From IMG/VR virus record IMGVR_UViG_3300031951_000028: 64,000 bases of DNA. The stretch is one strand, 5' to 3'. This stretch comes from a virus. The notes beneath the pieces are model-generated. The model made no database searches and was not told where the DNA came from. It saw only the letters and a list, made by a program, of their open reading frames with translations. The translations under genes and the position numbers were made by a program. Below, piece by piece: positions 1 to 12,030 of the stretch (its first letter is position 1; each line of letters starts with the position of its first letter).

Positions 1-908
<908 letters not shown>

Positions 909-909
909 T

Positions 910-1203
910 TTAATTTACTCCGCCGCAGTCAAACGCTGGACCTTCTGTGTACACATTACTAGGGCTGCCACCATCAAAAATTATAGTAGATACTAAACCT
1001 GTCGCTCCAGTTAATCCAATAGGTCCTGTTGCACCAACTGGCCCAGTAGCACCAGGAGAACCATCTCCACCACCGCCTCCACCACCTGTGCATCCACATA
1101 TTCCAGAAGCTCCAGTTAATCCAATTGGACCTGTAGCTCCTCTAACTCCAGCTGTAATGCTTACTTCATATGGTGTTTCAGTAATACATATATTAGTTCG
1201 CAT
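910..1203 (-). CDS. Short collagen-repeat virion protein
   Basis: [10 protein letters not shown] repeats; C-terminal FDGG motif; located in the structural operon. Confidence 0.7.
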   Translation of the reverse strand: MRTNICITETPYEVSITAGVRGATGPIGLTGASGICGCTGGGGGGGDGSPGATGPVGATGPIGLTGATGLVSTIIFDGGSPSNVYTEGPAFDCGGVN

Positions 1204-1534
1204 TTAATATGCTCCAAGTACCATAGATCCAAGTATAAACACCAGAATCATTTGTGGTAATTGTCATATCATAATTATATAACCCAGGATACCAATTTAT
1301 TACTTGTCTATCTATTTGAAATACACCGCCAGTATCATTTGTTATTGTTATTTCATCATCACTTGTTAAACTATATGTATAATTACTATTTGTTTCATTA
1401 ATGAAAGTAAAATCTATAGATGCGCCAGTTAAATCTAATGGGGCATCATTTAATCTAATAGTAAATACTGTTCCGGCAAATGTATCGCCAGAATAATGTG
1501 ATGGAAATGTATATTTTTGTCTAGCGCATGTCAT
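1193..1534 (-). CDS. BppU-N-like / Ig-like virion protein
   Basis: GDT...PLDLTGA...G.Y.YD pattern typical of baseplate-upper N-terminal domains. Confidence 0.5.
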   Translation of the reverse strand: MTCARQKYTFPSHYSGDTFAGTVFTIRLNDAPLDLTGASIDFTFINETNSNYTYSLTSDDEITITNDTGGVFQIDRQVINWYPGLYNYDMTITTNDSGVYTWIYGTWSILNAN

Positions 1535-2051
1535 TTGGGCACCATTGGCTATCTCTAAATCTATCATTAATAAATGGAGTTAATATTGCTTTAAAATATT
1601 CTCCACTTGTTAAACCAGACGTTTCTACTTTATATTTTAAATCTTTATACGCGGCACAAGGTCCTTCATCCATTAATATCTGCCAAGATCTTCCGCCTTC
1701 AGTCTTTGATATTTGAGCTGGTCCACATACCGCTCTTAAGCCATCTAGATTTGCTGCGGCTCTAAGTTCGGCATTTAATATTAAACAAGCTGCTTTAGTT
1801 ACTATCATAGAGCATAAAATATCAGAAGGGCTAGGGCAAATACTAAATTCGCCCACTCTTATATCTGGAATAGATATTTCATAAGTTGCTGCGCCAGTAT
1901 AAGTTTCTGATAAAACTATTCTAGAAGCTGTTGCTAGCAGTATTTTTATTTTTTGGTTAGTATATTCATAATCAGATGAATCTAAATCACCTATTATCGC
2001 ACGCAACATCATTACCATTAAATCAGAATCGCATGAATTACAATCTGACAT
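1521..2051 (-). CDS. Putative head-tail adaptor/connector
   Basis: Position directly after the capsid gene; LRAIIGD...Y.YT motif; size. Confidence 0.5.
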   Translation of the reverse strand: MSDCNSCDSDLMVMMLRAIIGDLDSSDYEYTNQKIKILLATASRIVLSETYTGAATYEISIPDIRVGEFSICPSPSDILCSMIVTKAACLILNAELRAAANLDGLRAVCGPAQISKTEGGRSWQILMDEGPCAAYKDLKYKVETSGLTSGEYFKAILTPFINDRFRDSQWCPNDMR

Positions 2052-2079
2052 TTTATCACTTTCAGTATAAAAGTATATA

Positions 2080-2110
2080 AAAAAAGCCGGGGCTTGCACC
2101 TCGGCCTTTA
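2080..2110 (-). terminator. Intrinsic terminator after the major capsid gene
   Basis: Minus strand GCCGAGG-TGCAAG-CCCCGGC imperfect hairpin followed by a T7 tract. Confidence 0.7.
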
Positions 2111-2133
2111 GGATAACAACTTACTAATTAATA

Positions 2134-3138
2134 TTAGTATGAGCCGAGCATAACTGCGCGAGCATCTAGTACGCCGAAACCAATTTCCATATCGCCATAA
2201 ACACCCCAGCGACCCATACGGTCAAGATAAGGATCTTGAGACATATTCATCTCTTGAGATACTGGCATTACGAAAGTATTTCGCTTGCTTAGATCAAGAC
2301 CGACGCACAATTCTACGTCAGTATGATTGTCGCCACCATTAACTGGCATCGAAATATTTAATGTATCTTCAGCAAACTCTTGAAGTTCTTGACCTACGCC
2401 AAGTTCATAAAGAACATGAAGATTAACATTGTGGAAACGAAGCATACCGTTGTTGGTAAATATTTCTCTACGAGTATATTCATCAACCTGATCAGTATTC
2501 CATGAACGAATATCGTTCATAGCTTCTAATGAAATTAGAAGATCAGTTAAACGGAAACCGCCCATGCTTGTGCTATTACCGCCACCATTACGAGCCATAG
2601 CAGTAATTAGTAAGTTCATCAAGCGCATGGTAAATTGACCTTCTGAAGCCTGATTGTCAGCAACAACTATGCCGCGTTCAGTACCAGCCTTCATCAAAAT
2701 ATGACCAGCGTCTTTATTTAGCTTATAAGTAAAACCAGCTTTATAAGCTTCTAACATATCTTGCATAACATCCCAACGAGCGCGTCTAATATAATGCTTA
2801 CAAGCATCAATTGAATTCGCTATGCGGTAGGTATGTATGTAGATGTCTTCGCCGCTAACAGTTCTGTAAGGAATAGCTCCACACTGAGGAACAGTATAGG
2901 CAGCGAATTCATTTTCTGAACCTGGGGTTAGAAAGTGAATTGGGAAACGTGGGCTAGGATCGTCTGGGGTTGATATTTTATTAAAAACCTTATCAAACAA
3001 AACTGGGCCGTCAAATATGCCTTTGCGGATGGGTACTTCTGCAGCTTTGCAGAACATTTGCTTAGCCTGAGCGGCTTCTGATAAATTTTCTGAAACGCTT
3101 TGCTTCAGATATTTCATTAACAATTCATGATTTTCCAT
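2134..3138 (-). CDS. Major capsid protein
   Basis: 334 aa; gene order terminase-portal-protease/scaffold-decoration-this gene; terminator follows. Confidence 0.7.
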   Translation of the reverse strand: MENHELLMKYLKQSVSENLSEAAQAKQMFCKAAEVPIRKGIFDGPVLFDKVFNKISTPDDPSPRFPIHFLTPGSENEFAAYTVPQCGAIPYRTVSGEDIYIHTYRIANSIDACKHYIRRARWDVMQDMLEAYKAGFTYKLNKDAGHILMKAGTERGIVVADNQASEGQFTMRLMNLLITAMARNGGGNSTSMGGFRLTDLLISLEAMNDIRSWNTDQVDEYTRREIFTNNGMLRFHNVNLHVLYELGVGQELQEFAEDTLNISMPVNGGDNHTDVELCVGLDLSKRNTFVMPVSQEMNMSQDPYLDRMGRWGVYGDMEIGFGVLDARAVMLGSY

Positions 3139-3160
3139 GATCTATATTACCTCTATATTA

Positions 3161-3613
3161 TTAGTACAATTGAATTCGGATACGAGCAAAACCGTTAACC
3201 TTGGCTGATTCGAATGTACCAACTCTTACGCTAGAGGTTGTAGTAGTAAACAAACCACCTGCGGTGAAGTGGGCGGCATTACCAGGAGCAGGACTTGAAC
3301 CAGTATGGATCATATCGGTGACAATCCAGCCACCTTTTAAGACTTCAACTTTAGAACCAACTTGAGTTTCCATCTTTGATTGCATCAATGGGCAAGTGGT
3401 TAAATCTTTATTGACAACGTCTTGCATAAGAACACCGCAAGGTTGACCAGTAGTTCCAGTAGGAACAGTCGCGGTATTAACATCAGTATCCAAACCTGGC
3501 TGACCAACAGCACCAGTAGGATAAATTAGAACAATACCAGCTTCAGCTACTTCATTTAAGTAGAATGAAACTTCGCTATCACCGCGATTGAAAAAACGAT
3601 CTCGTTTTAACAT
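3161..3613 (-). CDS. Capsid decoration/cement protein
   Basis: 150-aa Gly-rich beta protein immediately upstream of the MCP. Confidence 0.55.
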   Translation of the reverse strand: MLKRDRFFNRGDSEVSFYLNEVAEAGIVLIYPTGAVGQPGLDTDVNTATVPTGTTGQPCGVLMQDVVNKDLTTCPLMQSKMETQVGSKVEVLKGGWIVTDMIHTGSSPAPGNAAHFTAGGLFTTTTSSVRVGTFESAKVNGFARIRIQLY

Positions 3614-4944
3614 TAGTTTTTATCTCCGTCGATATTTACGTTTATTAAACTAGCTATAATTTTTTGCAATTCAGAATACTCTTCTTCTTTTGAGGAAGCA
3701 GTAGTATCTACATTAACCTGTGCCTGACTAGTATTTACAACTGGTTCAACACTGGCTAAAACTTGTTGAGGAGTTTGAGCACTGTTATCAACCACGGTAG
3801 AAGTCGAGCTTTTAGCTGCTGCAACTAAGGCCTCTTTTACAGGAGCCCATTGCTCATCAGTTAAATTTATATATAACTTAGCACTTGCTGAAGCCTTATC
3901 TTTACCAAGGCCTTCAGATGTAAGTTCTGTTTCGCGGGTAAGTGTTTGATATTCTGTTTTTAGATTATCAATTGATGCTTTCAATTCAATATTTTCTTTC
4001 TGAAAGGCTTCTAGTTCAACCTGAGCTTTAGTCTTAGTCTCTTCTAAGAGTGCGGCCAAGGCTTCTTTTTCTGACTTCAATGCTTCAAAACTTGCCTGAA
4101 GATTGGCAAACTCTTGCTTCAAAGCATCTAAATCAGTTTGAATAGTATCTGACATTGTTTTATTCTCCAATACATGTGCTACTAAAGATTGTACACCGTC
4201 TTCATAGTCCGATGGTGCTGGAATATTAGTAAAAATAATACTTCTTTTGTTTGCTGGATTGGTTGTAAAACCTTTTCCAGTAAAAATTATACCTCTTGGC
4301 GCTCTACCAACTCTATACTCGCCAAACATACCATTTCCTCCAAAACAGCGTAAATGATTGGATATTTCAGCTGTTTCTTCAGATCTTTTAACTACTTTAT
4401 ACTCTTCTTTAGAAGATAACACATAGTCAAAATCTTCAAACACACATTCCATAGAAACAAACATTTTATTTTCTTCTATAGAATTTATAAGACCCATTAC
4501 TTGGGTTGCTTTTTCTTCTTCATACCATGATGTATATACAACACTAGCATTAACTAGACTATATATAGCTGGTAGCTCATCAACAGGAGTTTCATCAGGT
4601 ATAATTTCACCATGATCGTTAACAGCCCATATATCAGTCATATGGCCAACTATAACATCTTGGTCATGATTTATATTCACTGGATGATGTATGGGTGTGT
4701 GTCTAGCTTGCCATACTTCATCTTTTAGAAAAACATCATCGTTCATATTCCACACTGTGGATACTAGAATTGATGTTACTGGATATAAATCTTTTGTTAA
4801 TTTTTTATTAGCTGTTGCAAAATTTTGCACAGCATCATTTATAAACTGAGCTTTATTATCATAAGTTAATTCAGTACAGTAAGATATAGATCTACTGTTA
4901 AGAATTTGCCCAGCTATATTACGTTCTGCTTTGTAAATTTTCAT
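3613..4944 (-). CDS. Prohead protease/scaffold fusion
   Basis: N-terminal NMNDDVF, NINH, VSMEC, F.GKG...NPA motifs; C-terminal coiled coil. Confidence 0.6.
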   Translation of the reverse strand: MKIYKAERNIAGQILNSRSISYCTELTYDNKAQFINDAVQNFATANKKLTKDLYPVTSILVSTVWNMNDDVFLKDEVWQARHTPIHHPVNINHDQDVIVGHMTDIWAVNDHGEIIPDETPVDELPAIYSLVNASVVYTSWYEEEKATQVMGLINSIEENKMFVSMECVFEDFDYVLSSKEEYKVVKRSEETAEISNHLRCFGGNGMFGEYRVGRAPRGIIFTGKGFTTNPANKRSIIFTNIPAPSDYEDGVQSLVAHVLENKTMSDTIQTDLDALKQEFANLQASFEALKSEKEALAALLEETKTKAQVELEAFQKENIELKASIDNLKTEYQTLTRETELTSEGLGKDKASASAKLYINLTDEQWAPVKEALVAAAKSSTSTVVDNSAQTPQQVLASVEPVVNTSQAQVNVDTTASSKEEEYSELQKIIASLINVNIDGDKN

Positions 4945-6880
4945 TATAAATTATAGTATAAATGTCTATTTTTTCTTCTTGAGACAACTCGCGAGACAAC
5001 GAAGACGCAATACTAGTTACTAAATTATTAATCTTTTTTAGAAAATCTCTGTTAATTTTTACACCAAGCAAGTTTTTAAGCTCTTCATCTCCTATTTTAG
5101 TAGGGTCTGATAAATTAAAAAACATAGTATTTCTTAAATCGTCGTAATCAGCATACTGCACGGTGGTTAAGTCTCTTAAAGCTTTCTTTTTATAAGCTTT
5201 TAATACTATTGGTTTTAAGAAATTACTAATTTTTTCATAAGCTATCTTAGACTGTAATTTATTACCCATAGAACCTATAGGATTAAACTTCTGTCTTTGT
5301 CTCTGTTTAGTATCTTTCTTATTTTTTGGACGGCCCGGTATACCCTGATTTTTATCAGGTTGAGGTAATGGTTTTAATTTAAAGTTATCTATAGTATCAA
5401 TACCAGTTTTACTCGGATTAATTAAACCTTTAGATATGGCATCTCTTAAAACCAACTTTTCAAAATCACCTTCATTGTAAGGGCCTGGTTTACGAGCTCT
5501 CTTACCTTTATCTCGCTGCTTCTCTTCTTTATTAATTCTAGCTCTTTCTAGTTCTGGATTATTATTAAACGCATGTTGCAATAGCTCATCAGAAATCAAG
5601 TTTCTATCAGCTAACTGTATTAGTAATGCTTTATAAGCAGTATCGTCTGTTAAATTAGAAAAATCAAATTCAACAATAGGTTCTTTTGAAAAACCCATCG
5701 CTTCTTGAACTTGTTTTAATTCATTCATCCAGAAATTAGATAATATCATTCTACCATGCTCTAATCTCTGCAATAAGGTTTTTAAGCTTATAAAGTTATT
5801 AGTTGAACCGGCACTATTGGTTGCCCCAGCTAAAGTAGATGGTATACCTAAACCTTGATAAATCTTTTCTAGGTGAGGGACATACTTTTCTTTTCCTAGG
5901 AATTGATGTACTGTAGTTTTACTCTCTTCTAGTTCTATAGCCTCATCCCAGATAATATCTATGGTACCACCAGGAGAATGAGATTGTAAAACATCATCTA
6001 ATCTTTGAAATAATGCTTCAGTAGGAATTAATTTCTTTTCTACATTACCAAGTTTAAATATTCTAATATTAGAAATTGCTCCATCTAAAGCTGTTCTATC
6101 GGCCAGTTCTAGTCTATAAAGCATATCTATATCTCTAAAAACAGAATATAAGATAGGTTTGGCCCATGAGCACCAATCATCTTTACGATAATGATAAACT
6201 ATAGTAGTGTCTGGTTCTAATGGTATTGGAGTCCCTTTTTTAATAGCTTCCCTTATATCTTTTTGTAAATCAGAATATTTTGGATTTTTGCTATTTCTAG
6301 TATCAAATGCTTGTGGGATAGTTATGACATATTTCTTTTCTTTATAGAAACATGAAAGGTCACCGCCTTCGACTTCAACAATAGCTGGATTAATAAAGGT
6401 ATAAGAATAAGGTATAATTTGACTGGCAGAGCTCATATCTTTTCTCTGCTTTTTGGTTATTTTTCCCATGCTCTTCTTGATAACAACATTAGCATAGCGA
6501 TATAAATAATTCGCAAATCTTTCAGTCACTTCTTGACCGTTTACATGCTTATACCAAGCGCGATAAAAACGCTCCACGCTTTTAACTGGATGTGAGATTC
6601 TTAATCCTTGCCCAGTAAAATCAGCCATTAAATCTATAATATTTCTAATTAAAGAGCAATCATAATACACCCAAGATGCCTTCATCATGATATCTGAGTG
6701 TTTTATAGGCTGGCCACCTCTTTGACTATCCCAATCTGCGCGATTAAAGCCATCTCTACCAGAAATATCTCCATCTACGCCATGATAAGTCTGTCTAAAA
6801 GATGCAAGAGCTTTATTTCTAGCGTCCATAACCTCTTTAGGCATCTCATCACCTTCCCAGCTTATATAATAATCTTTCAT
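4919..6880 (-). CDS. Portal protein
   Basis: 653 aa, directly downstream of the terminase; LIRNIIDLMADF and GLGIP motifs; basic C-terminal tail. Confidence 0.7.
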   Translation of the reverse strand: MKDYYISWEGDEMPKEVMDARNKALASFRQTYHGVDGDISGRDGFNRADWDSQRGGQPIKHSDIMMKASWVYYDCSLIRNIIDLMADFTGQGLRISHPVKSVERFYRAWYKHVNGQEVTERFANYLYRYANVVIKKSMGKITKKQRKDMSSASQIIPYSYTFINPAIVEVEGGDLSCFYKEKKYVITIPQAFDTRNSKNPKYSDLQKDIREAIKKGTPIPLEPDTTIVYHYRKDDWCSWAKPILYSVFRDIDMLYRLELADRTALDGAISNIRIFKLGNVEKKLIPTEALFQRLDDVLQSHSPGGTIDIIWDEAIELEESKTTVHQFLGKEKYVPHLEKIYQGLGIPSTLAGATNSAGSTNNFISLKTLLQRLEHGRMILSNFWMNELKQVQEAMGFSKEPIVEFDFSNLTDDTAYKALLIQLADRNLISDELLQHAFNNNPELERARINKEEKQRDKGKRARKPGPYNEGDFEKLVLRDAISKGLINPSKTGIDTIDNFKLKPLPQPDKNQGIPGRPKNKKDTKQRQRQKFNPIGSMGNKLQSKIAYEKISNFLKPIVLKAYKKKALRDLTTVQYADYDDLRNTMFFNLSDPTKIGDEELKNLLGVKINRDFLKKINNLVTSIASSLSRELSQEEKIDIYTIIYNENLQSRT

Positions 6881-6924
6881 TTGCGGCCTTTTTGTAATAG
6901 TATTGTAATAATATTATTACACCA

Positions 6925-8994
6925 CTATCGTCTAACTCTACCATAGAAATCTGGAGACATGTCTGTTAATGGCCCAGAAGCATATAATTTTTGATTCTTG
7001 TTAATAGGTTTATGAGATTGTGATCCAGATAAGAATCCAAGGATATTGTATGCTGGGGGAGCTATAGTAATTCTACCAGTAGTTCTTGCTCCCATATTGG
7101 CCATAACTAATGAACTATATCTATCTTTTCTCATTCTAGCTTTTTTACCAGTACCAACTTTAGTTTCTGGAGTGTCCCATCTTTCAGAGCCCGTGGGGGT
7201 TTTTGTATGAACTATACTTGCTAACTCAGATTTAAGTTCTTCTATTTCAAACATACAATCTTCAAGAGTATCATATAAACCTATTTTTTCTTCAATATCT
7301 CCATATTTGATACCTGAATCTTCTATCTTCTTCTTATCTTCTTGATGAGCAATAGCTAAGGTTACACTATCAAACTCAGGAAATAATAATAATTTTTGTT
7401 CAAAATCATATTTTAAACCATGATTTGCTTCTTGAACCCATTTTTGATTTACGAACTGGCACATAGTTAAAATATGCAAACCAGGTAAATCATCTGTTAT
7501 TTTTGGGTCTTCTTCATCAATTACTGGATAAATAGGCATAGACCCATCTCTTGGGGTAGCTAATGCCTGTTCTAAAGTACGGCCACCACCCTGCGCGTCC
7601 ATGTAAATACCAACACAGGGAAATACACTCATTAAATCTCTTATTTTCTGGACACAATACTGGAAATAATCATTTTCCTTAACTATCCCAGCTAGCACTT
7701 TCTGCTGATGCTTTTTTCTATTAATTGTCCAGCAATTAACAATTCTTGTGTGGTCTTCATGCAGTTCCAATACCGTGATCGCCATGTTATCAACTTCGGA
7801 TGCAGGATCGACACCAAAAACATACTTTAAATTTTTGTCACCAGCTATTTTAGCGGTATATATAATTTTTTTACCATTTATTGTAATACTATTTTTATGA
7901 CTTGCTACACAAGACCTTATTAAACTACTTCTAATAAAACCTGCAGAATCTTTGCTAAATACTGCTCCATACTCTCTATTATATGAGTCTGATGTCATGC
8001 TAGCTTTAGCTCTAGCAACTGTGCTGGCATCCATGATACCTGCTGGTATTAATTCATAAGGTATTCTTATAATAGAATAATCTTTCCAATTAAGTTTATG
8101 AATCTCTTCGTCACCCATTATACCTTCTAATTTTTTAACATCTCCACGGCTTTCTATAATACTTTTATAGACTTTCCAGTATCTAGCAAAATGCTCAAAA
8201 TCATAAGTACATGTTCCTGAAAGTATGGATTGGTTTCCGCCTTTAGAAGAAAAATTTTCTTCCATTTCTGCAGTCCAAGTACCTTCTTTTATCATATAAT
8301 CTCTTTTAAAGAACAAATTCATGTTCTCTATAGGATTTTTGGCTACGGCGCCGAAACCTGAAATAACAACTTCATATATTTCTGGATTAACTGACCCGAA
8401 TTCGTCCATGATAACTGTGTGTGCTCTTAAGCCTCTAATAGTTTGGCCATCTCCAACGGGAACGAAATGAGCTTCACTTTTCCCTATAAAGAAAGAGCAT
8501 TTATCTTGGAATGTATGTGGTCCGTCATTCCTGCCACATGTTGATCTATATACATCGCCCGCATCCCACATTTTATTAGCTTCTTGGAATACGAATTTTG
8601 ATTGTCTGTATGCCGCGCCGCAAACAACTATCTTAGAGCCTGGAACGAGCCTAAGCTTTAACATTACATAAAGAGCTAACAAAAAGGTTTTGCTGAAACC
8701 TCTACTGCCAATCAACATTGGGAACGGTCTTTTCCATAATTCTTCTAACACTAGTGCCTGCATTGGTGATAGAGTAATATTAAATAATATTTTTGCGGCC
8801 CACCATAGATAGTTAGATGTCGACATCAATCTGACAACATCATATGCAGGGATCTTACTAGTTTTTATATCTAATGGGTTAAAAGCTTTTGAAGCTGCTA
8901 TGAGTTGATTAGAATTAAGTCTTGTGTAGGCAAAATCCTTCATATCATATATTTCATTAGCTATTTTGAGGATTTTCTTATCCATTCTATCCAC
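6925..8994 (-). CDS. terL: Terminase large subunit
   Basis: Walker A GSRGFSKT, IRGLRA, Walker B VIMDE, RNase-H nuclease FGVDPA, C-terminal KDRYS. Confidence 0.9.
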   Translation of the reverse strand: MDRMDKKILKIANEIYDMKDFAYTRLNSNQLIAASKAFNPLDIKTSKIPAYDVVRLMSTSNYLWWAAKILFNITLSPMQALVLEELWKRPFPMLIGSRGFSKTFLLALYVMLKLRLVPGSKIVVCGAAYRQSKFVFQEANKMWDAGDVYRSTCGRNDGPHTFQDKCSFFIGKSEAHFVPVGDGQTIRGLRAHTVIMDEFGSVNPEIYEVVISGFGAVAKNPIENMNLFFKRDYMIKEGTWTAEMEENFSSKGGNQSILSGTCTYDFEHFARYWKVYKSIIESRGDVKKLEGIMGDEEIHKLNWKDYSIIRIPYELIPAGIMDASTVARAKASMTSDSYNREYGAVFSKDSAGFIRSSLIRSCVASHKNSITINGKKIIYTAKIAGDKNLKYVFGVDPASEVDNMAITVLELHEDHTRIVNCWTINRKKHQQKVLAGIVKENDYFQYCVQKIRDLMSVFPCVGIYMDAQGGGRTLEQALATPRDGSMPIYPVIDEEDPKITDDLPGLHILTMCQFVNQKWVQEANHGLKYDFEQKLLLFPEFDSVTLAIAHQEDKKKIEDSGIKYGDIEEKIGLYDTLEDCMFEIEELKSELASIVHTKTPTGSERWDTPETKVGTGKKARMRKDRYSSLVMANMGARTTGRITIAPPAYNILGFLSGSQSHKPINKNQKLYASGPLTDMSPDFYGRVRR

Positions 8995-9437
8995 ATCAAT
9001 CGCATCATTTGTGTAGTAATATAAGATGCTTTAGAGGCATCTCCAGCAAAAATTACAGGAATGTTTCTTGTAATTACAATATTGTTAAGCCAGCTGCTAA
9101 TAAACGGCCCGGTCACTTTTAATCTTTTTCTAATTTTACTACCAACAGGAAATTTAATTAAGTCAGCATATGAAAACTCACAGACAATAGCTTTATGCTT
9201 ATAGCATTGAAGCCTCATCAACACATTTTCCATTCTCTTTTGAAAAATATTACCAGCTATTTCTTCTATGCTCTTTTTTCTTTCAATACAAAAAATCTCT
9301 TCTAAACCAACTATAGAATAGTCGCCAGTATCCAACTTCTTCTTAATCGGATCATTACAATATTTTTTATCAAAGATTAAAGGTATTTGTTCACGCGTAT
9401 CAATTATTGGCGTAAACTTCTGTATCGATTGCGACAT
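8961..9437 (-). CDS. ERCC4-domain nuclease
   Basis: IIDTREQ, GDYS and IERK motifs. Confidence 0.85.
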   Translation of the reverse strand: MSQSIQKFTPIIDTREQIPLIFDKKYCNDPIKKKLDTGDYSIVGLEEIFCIERKKSIEEIAGNIFQKRMENVLMRLQCYKHKAIVCEFSYADLIKFPVGSKIRKRLKVTGPFISSWLNNIVITRNIPVIFAGDASKASYITTQMMRLMWIEWIRKSSK

Positions 9438-10533
9438 GCACTAACTCTTCTATAATATCATGAAACTTAATTTTATTTGCCCACCCAAGCTCTTTTTTAG
9501 CTTTGGTCGCATCTCCTTGTAGAAAATCTACTTCTCTTGGTCTATAGAATTTTGGATCAACTACCCAATAATTATTATAGTCTTTTATATGTATAGCACC
9601 AAAAGATATCTCAAGTACGTCTCGAATAGTGTGTCCTTCTCCAGAAGCTAACACAAAATCGTCTGGTTTTGAGTGATTTAATATATGCCACATTCCTTCA
9701 ACCATATCAGCAGCGTGGCTAAAATCTCTTACTGAATCAATATTACCAAGTCTTAGTTTTGGATACTCGCTACCATTATCAAATACGATATTCTCAGCAT
9801 TAAAGTCTACTGGAACTACTCTATTATCATTACAATGTTTCCAAAATTTAGCTATCCATTTAGCTATTTTTTGCTCAACAAATTGCTCGCCGCGCATTGG
9901 GGAAGTATGATTGTGTAAGATACCAGAACAAGCCCAGATATTATAGCTCTCACGATATAAACGAACTAAATGATGGGCTGAAAGCTTTGCTATTGCATAT
10001 GGAGAATTAGGTACAAACGGCGTAGACTCATCTTGATATTTAATTTCTTCATAAGACATGCCACCATAATCTATAAAATGCTTTTCATGAACACTAGTTA
10101 TAATATCTACATCTGCAACCTTAGTAGAATAGTTAGAGCCCCAAAGCTCTGAAGTACTCGCTTGGTAATACTTGGTACTAAGTGAATATTTCCTGATAGA
10201 CTCTAAAATATAGAGCGGGCCAAGGGAGTTTACTTCAAAAGAGGAAATCGGGTGCTCGAAGCTGTAATGGACATGAGATTTGGCCGCGAGGTTATAAAAC
10301 TCGTCTGGCTTAATTGTATTTATAAAGTTATTTACAGCAGAGCAGTCTGTTATATCTAATACTGCTAGGTTTAAATCTTTTAGATGGTCCCAATTTTTAA
10401 ATCTAAGAGAGATTGGGGTGCTGGAATATGTATGAGTAGCCCATACTTCATAACCTTTTGATAAAAGTAGCTTAGTAAGATAATAACTGTCTTGTCCTGG
10501 AGCTCCTGTAACGACCGCGATCTTATTACTCAT
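9400..10533 (-). CDS. gmd: GDP-mannose 4,6-dehydratase
   Basis: TGxxGQDxxYL, YNLAAKSHV, YQASTSE, SPYAIAK, LGNIDSVRD, YRPREVDFLQGD. Confidence 0.92.
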   Translation of the reverse strand: MSNKIAVVTGAPGQDSYYLTKLLLSKGYEVWATHTYSSTPISLRFKNWDHLKDLNLAVLDITDCSAVNNFINTIKPDEFYNLAAKSHVHYSFEHPISSFEVNSLGPLYILESIRKYSLSTKYYQASTSELWGSNYSTKVADVDIITSVHEKHFIDYGGMSYEEIKYQDESTPFVPNSPYAIAKLSAHHLVRLYRESYNIWACSGILHNHTSPMRGEQFVEQKIAKWIAKFWKHCNDNRVVPVDFNAENIVFDNGSEYPKLRLGNIDSVRDFSHAADMVEGMWHILNHSKPDDFVLASGEGHTIRDVLEISFGAIHIKDYNNYWVVDPKFYRPREVDFLQGDATKAKKELGWANKIKFHDIIEELVHVAIDTEVYANN

Positions 10534-11366
10534 TAGGTAATATCCTCTAAATTTTTGTTATCTAAAATTGCGATGGTGTCTGCATTTAATAATGGGATAT
10601 CTACTTCACCATCTACATAAGTATGATATTCAATTAACCTAGCTCTCTCTTTTTCCATAGCCGCGCGAAAGATATTCATCTTTGCACCTTCTCTTTCTCT
10701 GATTAACTCGTCTTCTAAAGATTCTATATAAGCGCCGAAAGAACTATTAGCCTCTTGGATATTTTTAGTTCTTTGCTCTCTAGTAATATTTAGATTCTTC
10801 CTCATCATCTCAAGCTTAGATTGTAGCTCTGAGGCTTCTTTGGCGAACGTGGCGAACGCGCTACTATATGCATTATATAATTCGTTTAAGTTTTTTAGCT
10901 CTTTTGGATCCGCGTTCCCAGATTTAGTTTCTTTCTCTATCTTCTGCTTGATCTTTTCCATTTCGTCGAGGTGTTCTTTTTGGCGCGCCATGCATCTATC
11001 TAATAGAATATCATTTCTAATTAAATGCATTAACTGCATTTTCTCTGTATGGGCTACCTTTGCTGTGCGCTCGAATTGGATAATATGTGCCGCGTATTGC
11101 TGAATAAAGTATTCTAACTCCGCTACACTCAGCTGCTTAACTAAAACAGGCCAGAAACTCTCGCCTTGGAGATCTGCCTTAACCATCTTGCGCCGCTTGT
11201 CATCTTCGTCGGTATTAGAATTTGGCCTTATATGATGCCGCTCACAAAACTGCCTAACTGCTGTTTCGGGCCGCTTGAGAATATCGGCCACCGCTGCATA
11301 ACCAAGATGAATATTTTCTTTAACTATTTGTAAATATTCTTTACTTATACGTCCACGCTTATTCAT
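10533..11366 (-). CDS. HTH/coiled-coil protein, possible small terminase
   Basis: N-terminal HTH-like segment, long coiled coil, position upstream of terL. Confidence 0.35.
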   Translation of the reverse strand: MNKRGRISKEYLQIVKENIHLGYAAVADILKRPETAVRQFCERHHIRPNSNTDEDDKRRKMVKADLQGESFWPVLVKQLSVAELEYFIQQYAAHIIQFERTAKVAHTEKMQLMHLIRNDILLDRCMARQKEHLDEMEKIKQKIEKETKSGNADPKELKNLNELYNAYSSAFATFAKEASELQSKLEMMRKNLNITREQRTKNIQEANSSFGAYIESLEDELIREREGAKMNIFRAAMEKERARLIEYHTYVDGEVDIPLLNADTIAILDNKNLEDIT

Positions 11367-11398
11367 AAAATCTACTAGGGATAAAATTTGATGTGGGG

Positions 11399-11950
11399 TT
11401 ACTGGTCACTATCATTATAGAGCGCGCGGACCGTTTCTATAAACTCAGTTTTATCTTTATCATTTATATACTCGTCAGCTTGCCAAGCTATCCATACACG
11501 GCGCATGCGCGCGTCCAGCTTGTGCTCTACTATTTCTATTATCTCATTTAGCTCCATGTTTTGGCTATCATAAACTAATAAAGAGCGATCCACGTGCTCA
11601 AAGTCATCATCTCTGTGGCTCACAATTATTGGAACTGCGCGCTTAACTGCTTTTTTAGCCTCTTGCCTCTTAATCCACGCCTCGCGCTTCTCGGGCTCGT
11701 TTTCGGGCGGCATATCAGCCCGCGACATATTATCGCGCTTAAAGTTTACGAGCCGGTTGTATACATGCCGCCAGATAAAGGTTTTTAATGAGCTTTTATC
11801 TTTGTCGTACCTTTCTAGCCCGTCCAAGATGATTATGGCAATTTCCTGTGATATATCGTCCGAGTCGTGGATATCGAACGCGAAGGTATAGGCAAACTTC
11901 GCGCAAATTTCCTTGTGCAACTCGCTAAATTCCTGCTCAGTTAACTTCAT
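11399..11950 (-). CDS. Sigma-70-family RNA polymerase sigma factor
   Basis: Region 2 signature DDISQE...LERYD...LKTFI...NRL.NFKRD. Confidence 0.75.
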   Translation of the reverse strand: MKLTEQEFSELHKEICAKFAYTFAFDIHDSDDISQEIAIIILDGLERYDKDKSSLKTFIWRHVYNRLVNFKRDNMSRADMPPENEPEKREAWIKRQEAKKAVKRAVPIIVSHRDDDFEHVDRSLLVYDSQNMELNEIIEIVEHKLDARMRRVWIAWQADEYINDKDKTEFIETVRALYNDSDQ

Positions 11951-12030
11951 AAATTTAAATTATTAAAAATTGACTAAAAAAACCGCTTATATATTAATAT
12001 ACCACGCGCCAGCTATTTTTTATATTATTT